64,000 bases of DNA from Malacoraja senta (Eukaryota), in contig CM075996.1 of the NCBI GenBank assembly GCA_038087875.1, positions 2,110,001-2,174,000 on the forward strand, in the 5' to 3' direction. Of this stretch, positions 63,476-64,000 are shown one piece after another. The notes beneath the pieces were generated by a model that was given only the letters and a program-made list of their open reading frames with translations, was not told where the DNA came from and did no database searches. The first letter of the stretch is position 1, and each line of letters starts with the position of its first letter. The position numbers and the translations under genes were made by a program.

Positions 63476-64000
63476 GTGAGTCTTCCAAGTGGGAGTTAAC
63501 TGTTGAGGAAGGAACTGCAGGTGCTGGTTTCGATCGAAGGGAAGACACAAAAAATGCCGGAGTAACTCAGCGGGACAGGCAGCCCTCTCTGGAGAGAAGG
63601 AACGGATGACGTTTCGGGTCGAGACCCAGTCTGAAGAAGGGTCTCGACCCGAAAACGTCGCCCATTCCTTCTCTCCAGAGAGGCTGCCCGTCCCGCTGAG
63701 TTACTCCGGCATTTTGTGTCTGAGAGTTTACTGTAATTGTCTGTTTATTGTTTTCCTTCATCCATCCATGTCCATTGCCAAATATCACCCCCCTCCCCCC
63801 CCCCACCCCCACACTAACTGTATAGCCCCCTCTCTGGACCTACTTTCAATGTCAACTTTAGTTGGCCCTCTGGTCCAATCTGTGACACGAGGAACTGGGG
63901 GAGCACTTTTAAAATGTTTTCATATTTTGCTTGGGCAGCAGTATGATTATGAATTACTCTAACTTCAAGTAACCCTTGCTTTCTCTCTCTCTCTGACTCT

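Overview
Repeat-rich vertebrate genomic DNA. V-SINE/HE1-type SINEs, CR1, L2, L1/Tx1, Rex1/Babar and Penelope elements point to a cartilaginous fish, probably a skate or ray (inference). Two spliced + strand genes can be read by hand. (1) The last seven coding exons of ALDH16A1 (669-20394); all junctions are GT-AG and phase-compatible. (2) Four small phase-0 exons (54305-63475), mostly missed by the ORF track, which splice into a 126-aa signal-peptide-bearing helical cytokine N-terminus. Its exon sizes, cysteine positions and position downstream of ALDH16A1 match FLT3 ligand (FLT3LG); the gene runs off the window end. Other highlights: a ~135-bp short retroelement whose 5' end folds into a 54-nt CPEB3/HDV-like ribozyme (3 copies, one intact); many Penelope pLTR fragments with minimal hammerhead cores; and a young L1 in the FLT3LG-like intron flanked by a 770-bp direct duplication. 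A 200-N gap (48829-49028) lies between the two genes. Comparisons with human sequences are from memory and need confirming by alignment. Repeat boundaries are approximate unless a TSD is given.
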